Notes: generated by a model not told the origin, from the sequence alone. Counted from the whole stretch's first letter, positions 47,082-60,943 are shown. The stretch: DNA of 63,434 nucleotides, filler included, from Folioceros fuciformis (GCA_049999805.1; 22 parts of 22 records of this genome joined end to end with filler, not necessarily neighbours in it); one strand, 5' to 3'. A program made the numbers and translations.

Positions 47082-49885
47082 GCTCTCCCATTTCACGCTC
47101 TTACGGTCCCGTTCCCTCTCAGTTCACACACACTTCCTTCTCTCGGCATTTCTTCTCACTCACACCCTCAGTTCCCAATCAACTCACATCATTCGGCTTC
47201 CTTTCTCCCACTCCCCTGCCCAAGGCCTTCTCCTCTTCTCTGTACTTTGGGGATGGTTAGTAAGAACACTAGGGCTAAGGGAAGGGTTTCCTGCTTCCAC
47301 TCCGGACTGGCGGATTCGGCCCTCTTCTGCTCCTACCTCCCTACACGACCGTCACAGGGATAGCTAGGAAGCCTGGCTTCCACTCGGCGAGGCTCCTCCT
47401 CTCGATTCGTCCCCGAAACTCCCGTCACGGAGCATCCACCACCTGCACACCACACCTTCAGAACACTACGTGCGCTCGCCTGCCTGGACCTCCCTGTCCA
47501 GCAGCGGCCATCACTAGGCTTTCACAAGGTTGGAATGTCGGGCTGGTTTTTGCTGAATTTTCTAAGGCCTAACTCGGCCTCTTGTACACGCTAGTGGCGA
47601 GTTCTTTCCGCCATAAAGTCTGTCAAGGGTCAGTCAGCACTCTTAATTTATGAGCGGCTTGGGTCCAAGCAAAAGCAACCTAAAATAAACTAGAATAGGA
47701 TGCATTTACTATTGCCTTTCTCCTCGCGGTTGCCTTCCTCCTAGCCGTCACGCTCAACCCCTCACTGGCCCGCCCCTGGCCCTCCTACCCCGCCGTTGGT
47801 CAGGCAGATCCTCCCAAAGGACCTCCACCTCACTACTGTTGTTGCTAGATACCATTGGCGGCGGCACAGGTGGGTCCCGTCGCATGGGACTCCTCTCCTT
47901 TGTCCATCGCCGATTGCTGAGGATGAGGACAAGCTCCCGCTCAACCCACTGCTGCGCCTCCTCATCAGTCAGCTCCACTAGGACTGCCTCGGAATAGCAA
48001 TGAGGCAGTCCCCACACCCTCCAGCGGTAGTAGTAGGACCCCCTACGGATCCTCAGTTGCAGGCTGTAGCCCCGCGTCCCTCCTAAGCCCATACGCACAT
48101 ATAAAAACACTTTCAGTACTCGGGCTCCTTCCACATAGAGGCCTGGCACATAAGAGGCCTCCTCCTCATACTGCAGCACAACCTGACCCTCTGTTGCAAA
48201 GGAAGTGCTTACCCCTTCCTCCCTTGGGCTACCTCGAGCTGCCTGCCCTTTGTTCTCCTGGGGTGCTGGAGGTTCCTCCATTCCCCCAGCTGCCGCTCCA
48301 CCCTGCTCAGTCCTTCTGGTGCGAGTCGCCCTTCCAGAACGTCGGGTCACAGGCGCCTCCACTATCCCCTCTTTGGCTACTGAGGTTGGGGCTTCCGCTA
48401 CCGAGGTTGTCTCTCCTCTACCGGTAGCCTCTTCGACTACCTCCGTTGTCGCTCGGCTACCTCGCCGGGTCTTGCCCTTCCCCTTCACCCATTCTCTGGC
48501 CTCGTACCGTTCTCGCTTGTACCTGTCAGCCAGCTTCTGAGCCTGCTCCACCGAGGTCGCTTCCTGCTCCTATGCCCTGGCTACCTCCTATTGCATCTCC
48601 AAGTTAGTTCCATGGGCTTCCCTCACCTGAGCTAGGAGCTACTCTTGCTGCTCCTTCAGCGCCTGAATCTCTACCCTTGCCTGGCGTGCCTCTTCCTCCA
48701 CTTGTGCCTGGGTTGTGCTCAGAGACTGTTGCTTCTCTTCCAGAAGCCGCCGTGCCGTCTCGGACTCCGCCACTTGCCTCCAGGGTTCGGCCTCCTTCTC
48801 TTCGCGCTCCTTGCTCCAGGCCTTAGCCTCCCTCTCCGCCTGCATACACAGCCAGGTCAGCGCTTTGGCTGCCTGGTCCAGCAAATCCGTGTGAGCCTGC
48901 ATTATCGCTGTGGTCAGTCCCGGCAAATCCACCTCTTGTGACTCCCCCACAGGGGCCATTCCCCTGTTCGTAATCTGCCTCCCCAGCAACGCTCACAACC
49001 TCTCCAAGTCCCCTGCTTGCAACGTGTCCACCAGAGGAATCCTCCTAAAAACTTCTTCCCATCCCGGGAAGGGTTTTTGTTCCAGAGCGTGCCCTAATGC
49101 GCTCATCACCTCAGGCGGGGCCACCCCCATTTCTGGCACCTGCTCCTGAGGTGCCTCTGGCTCTTCCTCGGCCTGTCCCTGTTCTGCCGACTCCTGGACA
49201 ACCTCCTGTTCTTGTTCAACCTGTTCCGAGGCTGCCTCCTGTGGTGCTGACCCACTTCCCCTCCTGGCGACCTGTCCACTAGTCCGTCTCCTTTTGGCAG
49301 GAGTCCTCTTCCCTGTCCCCGCCTTCCTCTTCTGCTTGGTGGGGGTCTCCTCTTCTGAGCTGTCCGCGCCTCTTGACTCCTAGCTGCTGGAGTCGGCTTC
49401 CTCTGGCTCTGTGGGTTTCCACTTAACCTTCCTCAACGGCCTCCACATGTGCAGAGAGGCAACTACCTCAAGTTCAGGCAGAAGGTTAGCATAGCAATAA
49501 ATGTGCACAAGAAATGGGGAAATCATCGAAGGTCGAGGAGAAGGCATGGTCAAATTCTGCCTCTCCTCCTTCATCCTCTCATACAGGATTTTTCCTCAGT
49601 CCACCTTACTGCCCTTGACGACCTCGTGCACGAATAGGACATCTGGTCGAAGAGGTAGTCCAGCTTGTGAACTTGCAGGAAGCTCAAAATCCATCTCGCC
49701 AGGCCCATCAGCTGAGGATTGGCCATGTCATGGATCAACCATCCGTTGGCCTCTCGCCCTGTGCTGGACTTGAACAGTGCCACAACAGCTGCTGCGGTGC
49801 TGCGCTTCTTCAGGGACTCCAGCACGAGTCCACCTTCTTCCTCCTGGTTGCGCCCATACACACTCCTGATCAGCTCCACGTTCTA
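47082..49885 (-). mobile_element. Athila-like element 3' region: ORF-X (47754-49885) and 3' UTR
   Basis: ELIRSVYG..EANGWLIHD..MISPFLVHIY, coiled coil, VVLQYEEEASYVPGLYVEG domain. Confidence 0.82.
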
Positions 49886-50447
49886 GTTGTCATGACTTAG
49901 AAAATCTGTTAGAGTTTTGCATCTGTGAGAACTTTCTGTGCAGGTCACAAATGCGAAGGCTATTTGCTTGAGACAAACACGTTGGCATAGAGGGTAAATC
50001 CCTTACGTTTTGACTAAAGAGATAGTTGGCAAGCAAAAGTTCTCGTGAAGGAACGGTTGAAGAGTAGGGTTTTTTATGGATAACCTTTCAGACAGTTGAT
50101 AATGGTTTAGCAATGACCATTCAAGTGGTTAGTAACGGTATGTTGTAGGCATATAGGGACAAAGGAAGAATGATCGAACATTCTTTTGATAGTTCGCTTA
50201 GAACTAGGAGGAGAAGAAAGCAGGTGAGATAGAGTTGAATTGGAATTTTGGGAATTAAATCCAGAAAATTAGGGGTAAAAATAGAAAAGGGGAAATTAGG
50301 AAAATAAAAAGAAAAGAAATACGGGGATACATATATGGTATACGTATNNNNNNNNNNNNNNNNNNNNNNNNNNNNNNNNNNNNNNNNNNNNTTAATTAAT
50401 TAANNNNNNNNNNNNNNNNNNNNNNNNNNNNNNNNNNNNNNNNNNNN

Positions 50448-52780
50448 CTTAGGCAAAAGTAAGGGCCCGAGGTGATGGGGCGACGGTGGCCGGCAGGGCA
50501 ACCGTCGCCGAAGGGACGACTGGTAGTAGCCCGACGGGCGGTAAGGAGAGAAAGAAGGCAGGGCATAAAAACCCTAGAGAAAGGGGAGCTCTATCGAGCA
50601 TCCGAAAGCGCGGGGAGCGGGAGTAACTTGAAGCGTGAAGGAGGAGAAAGCGCCAGGACGACGGGGAAAACGGCGCAGGGCATGAGGGTTGACCAGGCAT
50701 AGGGGAGTGGGAGACCTCCAAGGCGTGAGCGGTGGAGAGAGCTGGGCGAACAGAGGAAGAGCCAGAGCGCGACCAGGACAGAAGAGTTCCGAGCCCGAGC
50801 GTGAGGGGAGGAGGACAGGCAGGATGAGGCCACGGCCTGAACTGATCCCTGGAGCAGCAGCCTCTAGACAACAGGGGGGACCCCCTGTCCCTCGAATCGA
50901 CCTACTCCTGTGGCCCAATATGGAGCACTGGAGGGTCAGGGCAGGAAAGTTGGTGGCAGAGCTAGGTCTGAACTTTATGACCCAAGAAGTGGAACCATGC
51001 AGCACCCCAGCTGGTCAGGGAGTGCGCCCTGAGGCTGATAGAGCCTGTACGCGAGCAGGGGATCAGAGGCAGACCCCAGGAATGGAACCTGGAGTTGATC
51101 AGGAGGGTCTACGGGTGCGACCAACAGGAGGAAGGGGGACTGGTGCTGGAGTCCCTGAAGAAGTGTGGCGGAATGGGAGCTGCGGAAACGCTGCTCAAGG
51201 CAGGCACGAGAAAGGAAGCAAACGGGTGGCTGGTGCGCGACATGGCAAGTCCCCAGTTGTTGGGATTGGCCAGGTGGTTCCTGAGCTTCTTCCAGGTACA
51301 CAAACAGGATTATTGGTCCGACCAGATGCTCCTGTTTGTGCATGAAGTAGTGAAGGGCACCAAGATCGACTGGGGGAGGATTTTATACACCCGGATGGAT
51401 GAGGAGAGGCAGAACCTGATCCAACCCACCCCTGAACGTTCTATGATTTCCCCGTTTCTAATCCATGTGTACAGTTACGCTAACCTGGTCACTGAGCTAG
51501 AAATGCTGGCCTCGCTACACCTGTGGAAGCCAGTTCGCGATGTGGAGTGGAAGCCCGCTGAGCCAGCAAGGGCTGCCTCCAACAGCTGGGAAGCTGACAG
51601 TGGGAATAGCTCGCAGGAGGAAACCCCAGTCAAGCCCAGGAAGAGGATGGCGCCACAAAAGAAGACTCCTGCCAAGAGGAAAAGGACCATAGGACAAAGT
51701 GTGAGCATGGGGGCTGATCAGGAGGAAGGGGGGACATCCTTGGAGCAGACGGGCCAGCAGGAGGCAGAACGAGAACCAGTTGTCCCGGGAATCAAGGACC
51801 GAAGGTTGGAGGAGCAAGGCCAGGGTTCTGAAGCTGTTTCTGTATGTACGTATGGGCACAGGAGGGACGCGGGGCTACGGCCTGCAGTTGAGGATGCGCC
51901 TGGGACTCTACCACTATAGTTGGTGGGTGACAGGATTGCCCCACTGCTATGCGAAGGCAGTTTTGGAGGAGCTGATGGAAGAGGAGGCCCAGCGTTGGGT
52001 AGAACGGGGGCTTGTGGCTGTCCTCAGCATCGAGAGAAGGAGGAGGAGTGGTGGTTCACAGCAGCGGGACCCACCTACGCCGCCAGCCAGGTCCAGCAAT
52101 AGCAGCAGTGATGTGGAGATCCTCTGGGAGGATCTGCCGGACCAACGGAGGGGCAGAAGAGCGAGAGGAGGAGCAGCAAGGGGTGACGCGCGAAGGGCTA
52201 GGAGGAAGCCGCCAGCGGCGTGGGAAAGGGCGATAGTAAATGCGTGCTTTATTTGGACCTAAGTCACTCAGAATTTAAGAGCGCAGCTCCCTTGCCTGGC
52301 AAACTTTATGCAGAAAAAACCGCCATCACCGTGTACAAGAGGCCGGTTTGAAGGCCTAAGAAATCAGCAAGAACCAGCCGAACAGTCGACCTTGCAGGGA
52401 CCTAGCGATGGCCGTTGCTGGACAGGAGGTCCGGGCAAGCGAGCGCACGTAGCAACCTGGGGTGCGGGTGGTGGTGGGCGCTCCGTGATCAGGTCCGGAG
52501 ACGAATCGGGAGGAGGAGCCTCGCCGAGTGGGAGAGAAGCTCCCCAGCTATCCTCGAGGTGGTCACGTAGGGTGGTGCGGGTGTCGGAGCCGAATCCGCG
52601 AGTTTGGAGTGGAAGGGACTCCTCTTCCCTTAGCCCCGGTACCTCACCATTCCTCAACGTTAATAGGAGCCCAGGAGGGGCATCGCTGAGAAAGAAGACT
52701 GAAGAACTGGAGAAAGGAGAGCGCGAGAGTGCGCGTGTGTGAGAAGGAGGAGGAGCAAGTGGCCGAGTAGTGGGTAAGAG
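50448..52780 (+). mobile_element. Athila-like element 3' region: ORF-X with an internal deletion of about 1.1 kb
   Basis: The junction near 51820 joins EEQGQG to VLKLFLYV. Confidence 0.82.
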
Positions 52781-53235
52781 TGTGGGGGAAAATATTGCAC
52801 CCGGGGGTGCTGCGAGGTCCACACAAACCCTCTTTGTCGTTATAGCACTGGGATTCGATCCCAAAGGATTGATTTGTGTCAAATAAGACAGGTTTCTTCT
52901 AAAAGTCAGTTACTACCTAGGTTGGACTTCAACTACCCTAGCTCCACTACCTACAGGTTCAACTACCCCTACCTCCGTCCTTGGACTACCTGACAGACCT
53001 ACTCGGCTACTGGGGTGGGGGTCTCTACAACTACCGACCCTTCAACTACCGAGGTAGGGTCTCAACTACCGGTAGCCGCTTCGGCTACGTCCGTCGTCTT
53101 TCAACTACCGGTAGCCGCTTCGGCTACCTTCGTTGTCCTTCAACTACTGGTAGCCGCTTCCGCTACCTCCGTGGTCTTTCAACTATCGGTAGCCGCTTCG
53201 GCTACCTCCGTGGTGGGACCCACCCCAAACCCTAA
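52781..53235 (-). mobile_element. LTR family D inserted in reverse orientation, containing a 39-bp tandem array
   Basis: Starts TGTGGGGGAAAATATT; interrupts sequence that is continuous at 24820-24850; array at 53062-53214. Confidence 0.8.
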
Positions 53236-53589
53236 CTAATTATCTCCGGCGCAAGCGCCGCCACGGGTTTCTAGCCACGGGTTTCTGCCCTAGACCTTCC
53301 AGACTCATAGAGCTGGGTTATTCCATGCTCCCCACACATGCAAGGGCTGATCCTTGGGGAACAAAGCCTTGCGGATCAGCCACACCTCCCCACTCACTCA
53401 TGCAACACTCCACACACATACAAAACACACATAAGAGCTCTAGATCACAATTATTCTCACAGGCCTGCCCCCAAGGGCTTCAATCTTCANNNNNNNNNNN
53501 NNNNNNNNNNNNNNNNNNNNNNNNNNNNNNNNNTTAATTAATTAANNNNNNNNNNNNNNNNNNNNNNNNNNNNNNNNNNNNNNNNNNNN

Positions 53590-54978
53590 ACATACCAATA
53601 ATCTCCAGGCGCATATGCGCCCACCTGGTTGACCACATGTCTTGGTGCCTTGGGGCACTCACGGTTGGTGTGTCCTGCATGATGACATATGGAACAGTAC
53701 ACCGACTGCCTAGCCGGAGAGGGGGATCGTCGTGGAGCCTAATTTTTCACCGCCTTGACCTCCAACTCCGTCAACCGCCTGGTCAGGGCCTCCAACTGAT
53801 CCGTGAGGACAACGCTGCCCACGAAGGGACCTCCGCACTCCATCCTATTAGAACTCTTGTTCTTCCTCTCCTTCTCGGCTGCTCTCTCAGAATCCTCCTA
53901 ACGCTTCCTTTCTGCGCGTTTGAGATCCTTCCTCAACCGGCATTGGTAAACGCGGTCGGACTCCTCGTCCGTTGAGTTGCCTGAGATGGTGCTTCCCTGT
54001 TCCGTGTCTAACCTGGAAGAAGACGTAGAGGGACGCGATGGCGAAGAAGAACTGGAGTACCTCGCTTCCTTGACCTTCCCCTGCTCCTTCCTCTTCTTCC
54101 GCTTCCCATACTCAGCCAACTCATAATCTTCTGCCGCCTTCAGACCTTCTTGCAGAGTGATGGTCCCTAGCCGGCACTGGGTGTCCATAGCATCGGGGAG
54201 TCCACTTGCAAACCAATCCAACGCTTGCTCGTCGGAAAAGCCAGGGGTGGATGGACCACCGGGAACGGCTGGCCTGCACCTTGGGACACGCTCCAAGTAT
54301 CCGTAGAACCTTTCTACGTAATCGCGCAGGGACTCCTTCCTTCCTCGGTGTAGGTTCTTCAAATGAGAGAGCGCATGGCTCCCGGAGTTCAAACCCATGA
54401 ATCGCATGAGGAATGTTGCCTTCAAAGCATTCCAATCAGCAGGTGGCACACTTCCGTGGGTCCTGCTGTACCACTGCTGAGCACGTCCTCTCACAGGCCT
54501 GGGAAAATCCTAAGCCTATCAGCCACCGCGTCCTCCAAATTTGCATGGGACACATGCTGAAAGGTGCGAGCAAAAGCTTCTGCATCATCGCTCCTCTTCT
54601 TGTCCCCAAATTTGGTGTACTGCTGACGGCTGTGGAGGTGAACTGCCCCTCCCCTAGCCATGACTGCAGGCGTGCCTCCACTCATGCTGGAAATTCCGGC
54701 TGGATGCAAAATCGGGGTTTCCCGCCCACGACCTGCCGTGGCGGGCTATGCCACTATGGTTGGTGCGACTGGAGTAGGTGGCGTCCTTGCGGATGGAGAC
54801 TCGGGCGCTGGAATAAAGAGGGCCTCTGCGCGGTTCTCTCTCAGTTCTGTAGTGAGTTCTTCCAAAACGTCCCAAAACCGTGTTTCACCTTGCCTTCCTG
54901 GCGTCTCCCGTTCTTCTTCGTTGGAAACAGCAAAGTCTTCCTCCTCCTCGAGGGTATCAGGGCTGGGCGTGAAGGCAA
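53590..54978 (-). mobile_element. Ty3 gag (retrotransposon gag domain and CCHC knuckle), frameshifted
   Basis: RLRIFPGL/RGRAQQWY..DWNALKATFL.RF..ESLRDYVERF; YCSICHHAGHTNREC near 53655-53700. Confidence 0.85.
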
Positions 54979-55304
54979 NNNNNNNNNNNNNNNNNNNNNN
55001 NNNNNNNNNNNNNNNNNNNNNNTTAATTAATTAANNNNNNNNNNNNNNNNNNNNNNNNNNNNNNNNNNNNNNNNNNNNTCTTCATTAACTGTAAGCACCT
55101 GTTGTTGGATAGCTTCCAAAAGATTGGCCTCCCCTGTTAGTGACTCCACCGCGTTCTCCAAGGCCAGCTTCGCCTCGTTTTTCTTGCCTTTAGCAAGAGG
55201 ATTAGAGTTTGCAGCCAAAATTCCTATAACCTTTTGAATGAGGCAGCTGAGATTATAAACAATACCAAAGAAGCAAGAGCAGAAAGGCAATAGCGATCAT
55301 TATG

Positions 55305-57071
55305 TGTAAGAAGACCTACAAATATGTCAAGGGGCATAAGTAGTTATAACTGCTAGTCTATCCCTAACTACCTAAGATGTAACCCTAAGTACATACTAAC
55401 AATGTATATAATAAGTAATTATTATTTTTCCTAACACTCCCACTCATTGTGTACGTATGTCTTAGCGATACGCCCACCGAACCTGTCCAGAATAGAATAA
55501 CCCAAAATCGTCCACTCAAGTGTACCAGCAGAACGGGTTCTCTGCACGCGTACAGCAGTGACAGTCCCGTGCGACATAAAATTCACAGCGCCCAGCCGCA
55601 ATTCGCATCCCTAATCTCGGCATCGGCTGGACAGAGTTGGAGCATCCACAGCTGGTGAAGATGGCAAACGATGGCGCGTCCAGGACTTCTGCTCGTCAAC
55701 AAGACACCACAATCTTCAAAGAGGAGATCACAGAGAAACGCCAGCTGCCACACACCGCTACGTCGACTCCAGCACCACCTCGAAACATAGTCCAGGGGTT
55801 TGCATCAGCTGCAGAAGAGAGACTGCCCGCTCGAGTGGTAGAGTTCCTTGCACCACGTCCAGTTTAGCCAAAAGCTCCAGAGTGCATCTGTGAGGCCGAA
55901 GCTCTCTTGTGCCCTCGACACGGCAAAATTCCAAAATGGCTGCGACAGTCAGGCTTCGAAGGCAACTCAGCGCTGCTAGTGGCCAGTCTGCAGAATTCCA
56001 GGAGTCTGCACCTGAGGAACCTGTTGACGCTCCCACTTTTGCTCACAAGCGCTTCTCACCGCGTGGTCCTTTGAATGCAGTGAAAGCTCCACCACAGGAG
56101 GAGGACGAATACATCATGCTGCCTACGCCTCACAACCCAAGACCCTTCACACTGCCTAGAGGAAACCGGACCAGGACTGTGAGGTTGATAACAGACGGCA
56201 ACGGGATCAATGACCCTCTCACTCCTGAGACATACACCTGTACTGTGACTGGAATTACAATGATCAGAGAGGACTGGTTCAAGTGGGGTGGAGAGCACGG
56301 AAACCTCATATTATTTTACAGTAAGTCACTCGCTCACCTCTGAATTGGTTTGCACACTATTGCTGTGCCTTAAGCATAAGCTGTGAACTTACAACCTAAC
56401 TAAAGTGTCTGAACAGAGAATGCATGAGGAGGCTGGAGTGGAATATCCTATGGAAGACGAGGACACAGATGAAGAACCAACAGACCACAATTTTGACTCC
56501 AACTTTCAGGAACTCCTTAGAAGGAATCAAAATGAGGACAGACCTAATCTGTTCTTTGGTGAGCCAGATAACAGTGGCTCAAACTCCGATGACAATTCTG
56601 TGTCTGATTTCTAAGTTATGAAATGCCAACATCTGTGTGTGACTCTGTGACACTTGCTGCAGTCAGGTGCTGCAGAGCACTCTATCTTACAAGGTAAGAG
56701 GAGTCAAGGACTCCTATGGCTTCTTTGAACTGCACATGTTTCCCCTTAGGTAGAGCCTTCGTTAAAACATCTGCAGCATTCGAAGCTGTAGGGATATATT
56801 CGAGATGCACCTGTCCAGAAGATACTGCTTCACGAATGAAATGATGGTGCACTTCAATATGTTTTGTCCTCGCATGGAAGACTGGAAGTCCCTAAACCCT
56901 TGGTGACTGTTTTAGACTGTAGATAGTTTTCAATAGTCTGCAGACCCAATCCTCACGTCCCTTAGCTTCATAACCTTCTGGCTGCTACATATAGATCTCT
57001 TCTTCCAGCTTACCATGCAAAAACGCAGTCTTCACATCCATTTGATGGATGAACAAGCTGAAAAATGCAGA
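55305..57071 (-). mobile_element. Ty1/copia remnant: RT piece, RNase H end, 1.2-kb 3' region, PPT and about 132-bp 3' LTR (55305-55436)
   Basis: HQMDVKTAFLHG, FHARTKHIEVHHHFIRE, AADVLTKALP; on the minus strand TGAGTGGGAG precedes TGTTAGG...CTTACA. Confidence 0.82.
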
Positions 57072-57576
57072 NNNNNNNNNNNNNNNNNNNNNNNNNNNNN
57101 NNNNNNNNNNNNNNNTTAATTAATTAANNNNNNNNNNNNNNNNNNNNNNNNNNNNNNNNNNNNNNNNNNNNGGGGTGCACCAGGCAATGGAAACAGTGCG
57201 ATACCAAAGCGACGCGCGCAGAGCCACGCTGGGAAGCTATCCCATAAGGCTTGCCCCCCAAAAGAAATTAGATTAATAACATGTGGATCGATTCACGTCT
57301 CAGATATTGGCCTGACGAGAACAGATACCACACTTGATCTCGGCCAACAGGCCGAGGAAGGGATGATGCTCTGAGACGAGGGGTTCAGCTGTTATACCAA
57401 AGGCTGGACGGCGGTCGTTTGTTAAGCCATATGGGGTAAATAACTGTTCCGACAAACGCAGATCTCCCCTCTCGCGGTTGTCACATCTCAGATCGAACCT
57501 TGGAAAGCCGTGAGTACTTCTCGCATGGACCACGAGTTACTCCTCAATTTGGAACAGGAACGAAGGAAAGTCTAGG

Positions 57577-59546
57577 CTACTCCCCGGGGAACCTTACCGA
57601 GGCAGAGTAGTTCTTTATCCTACGAGCTTCCTCCTGCCTTGCGGCGATCAACCTTACTTTAGAGACCAACTGCTGAAGAGACTCTGCTTTACCGTCACCA
57701 TCAAAGCCCCTGTAGTCTTCCTCTGCGAAGTCCTCCTGCAGCCCGTCTGGAGGGACGTCTGCCTTTGGGTTTGCCGCGAGCTCTACGGCAGTCACGGTTC
57801 CAGGGTCTCCCTCCCTCTCAAAAAACTTCTCTATTTCCTCTAACGTCTTCCCTTTGGTTTCTGGTACACGGTAGTAGATGAATAAAATGGACAAGCCTGA
57901 AATCACTGCAAATAAGAAGAAGATCCCAGCTGGAGTTATGGCATCTGACAAACTTAGAAAGGAAAGGGCGACCACTCCGCTGACAACCCTGTTAGTTGCC
58001 GTTCCAAGGCCCACAGCTTGTGATCTGAGCCTCAGGGGAAAAATTTCGGATGTCAGCACCCAACAGATGGGTCCCAACCCGATGGAGAAGAAAGACACAT
58101 AAGTGCAAGTGGCCACAATGGCCAGCACAACAGGGAGTCCAATCCCACTCCCAGGTCCTTCAAGCTGCCCTGGCAGCTGAGATCCAGGACCTTGAGACTT
58201 GACGTTGAGAAGCACAAACCCGACAGCTAGGACAGCTACAGAGATAGTCATTCCTGTGGCACTAACAAATAAAAGGGGCCGTCGGCCGACCCGGTCAAGC
58301 CAGATAGTGGCGACCAAAATAAAAGCGGTCTTAAAAAACCCAACAGCAACAGTTGCCCCTAGAATTCCTGACTTGCTGGTGATGCCAGCTTCGTTGAAGA
58401 TAGTCGGACTATAATATACCGTTGCATCGATACCAGAGGCCTGCTGGAAAAACTGAATGCCTAAAGCTACTATGAGCATCCTCCGTACAGCCGGCGTTGG
58501 AAAGAGCAGTTCACGCCAAACACCCTCACCTTGACCTTTCTCTTGCATGCCTGGAGTCACCTGCCACATTTTCCCAGTGACATCCCCCTGGTTGGAACCA
58601 TCCTCCAATTGTACTGACGCATCCAGTCCAGCAGCCGACACTATCTCCTGCAATCGCATGTCTGCCTCTGCTTTACTTGAAGAGGTCTTTACAAGGACCT
58701 CCTCGGCTTCTGCCAATCTGTTTTGAGTTACTAACCAACGTGGGGATTCTGGCATAACCAGCACCCCAGCACCAAGCACAACCGCAGGAATAACCCCCGC
58801 ACCAAGCATCAACCGCCAGCCGAGATGAGTGGGCAACCCTGCAAGTAAGAAACTTGAAATGTACCCCATCAGAATTCCAACGTTGATGAAGATCTCTTGA
58901 AGCGAAACTAGCGAACCCCGAGTTCCAGCAGGAGAAACCTCTGCAGTGTAAACTGGTGCAATCATAAGAGCAAAACCGACCCCAATGCCCGCAATGATGC
59001 GGCCGAGCATCAAAATGGAAAATGAGGGAGCCAATCCCATCAGAGCAGCTCCCACAAAGAAGATGACTGAAGCAACAGCCATCGTCATTCTCCTACCTAC
59101 AACATCCGAAAGCTTCCCAGCCACTCCTGCTCCCACAAGGGATACCAGATTCAAAGAGCCCACAAGCAACTCCACCTGCAGTTTTTTAATATTCAGATCG
59201 TCCTTTATGAAAAGCACAGCACCACTCATTACCCCGATATCTGCACAATACGTTCAGCCAACCAGCTGAATCAATCAACTCTGCTTGCGTTGCCGGTAAC
59301 AAAGTTCTGCATTGAAGGAGGGTTGTCATCAATTCGTATTCAGCGAAGGAACGTACCATAGCCTAGTAGGCTGGAATTGAAGGAGGCCAGCAACGCGCAC
59401 CCCAAGGCATATTTGTTCAATCCCGGAGGTCTGGGACTGGAATTGTGGTGATCTTCAGTCAAACGCTCGTACCCGTTTGTCTGCTTCAGTATGCCGGTGA
59501 CAGAATCCAAAGTACTCGTCGGGCTTCCCACTCCGGCTTCAGCCAT
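57577..59546 (-). CDS. Polyol/monosaccharide transporter (MFS sugar porter, PLT/PMT clade); join of 59357-59546 and 57577-59240, 617 aa
   Basis: NKYALGCALLASFNSSLLGY|DIGVMSGA across a 116-bp GT..AG intron (59241-59356). Motifs SDVVGRR, APVYTAEVSP..RG, MPESPRWL, FFQQASGIDATVYY, DRVGRRPL, SEIFPLRLR, PETKGKTLEEIE. Frame is intact. Confidence 0.95.
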
Positions 59547-60943
59547 TGCTTAAAATGCCTACGGGTCATGCCCAGGCGAGAAATATTGCAGCAATCCTCA
59601 AAAGCTACCACCCCCTCCTCCTCGTCATTAAAAAGACCGGCCCCTGCCACCCGATTTGTGAGGCCAAAACAGCAGCAGTAACACTGCAGATCTGGATCCG
59701 GGCATCAGGATTGAGGACACCCCAGTCGAGATCCAAAAGAGCGCGGTTCTCAGAGGGCTTTCTCCCAAGAAGGATCACCAATGGAACGTGGCCAAGAAAC
59801 CTAAAACTGCGAAATCTCTGAGAAGCAGGGCCTGGTCACGTCCGATTCTGGCTCGGACTGAGAAGCTACCCCACCACATTCACTGGCTCTTGCCCCTTCC
59901 CACCCATCAGTCAGGTCAAATAGGAGACTTAATCAGGCGCATCTGCAAGAAGTGAATGGACGACAGAAGTAGTGTCGCCAAACTCCCGAGCACTTCCTGG
60001 TCTTGATTTAGAGCACTTGTCACTGGAGAAGTCTGCCTTCCTCCTGCAACACCATATGCAAATGCAGCATAAATCTCGTGCGGAACCTAGTGCACTAAAC
60101 TGGAAATCACAGGCAGTTGAACCCACGTGCAACACTCCGGGAAGGGGCGACAACAAATGGCCTCACTAATGTCGCTTCTGTATATGTAGAAAAGTTTACC
60201 GCTACCGGCCAAGCGGGGGCCAAAACAGTCTCTCCCTCGTGCCACACCCAACTGTGCCTAAATGTCAAGCTGCTGGAGGATGATGCCTGTTGGGGCGCCC
60301 TGACAACCGCCGTCGTGAGCCAGTGTCAGAAGGGCTTCCATGCGGTGCACACAGTGGACTGTTGAGCCAAAGATGGCGGTTGCTCCAACATCCAGAAGAT
60401 GCACAAACATGCAGCTGCTACAAAGATTCTTCAAGACAGGGCCGTTTCCCCTCCTTCCTTTGGTTCTTTCGTCTGGAACGTCGTCGTTTTTTTATACTAA
60501 CAGATGGCCCTCCTTCCTTACACAGATCCGTAGGCACCTCTCCTGTGCACCCCGCAATTCTCCAATCCCTAGCTAGCAATTCTTTCAATTCTTGCAGTGC
60601 TGGTCTGAGCGTCACGAACGTAAGCAACCAGCATGTGACGGCAGCATGTAAGAACATGACTGCGCTGAAGTGATGAGCCAATGTTTTGCTTATTGTCCGG
60701 TGCTCTGTCGTTCATGCTGGCCCGGGAGTGTTAGTACGGACTTCAACGGTCCGCAAGATCCCAGAGGTTCTCAAGCGGGAAGCATCCTCAATGCATTGGG
60801 ATACTTGTGAAGGCCCGTAGCCTGTCCTTCCCTACATGGACCAAAGTTTTCCAAGATCATTGCTTCTCTAAATATCTCCACCCCATGGACAGCGTCTTTA
60901 TACTTTTTTATAAAGTGTAAAAGGTTCTCTTTTGTTATCGATA

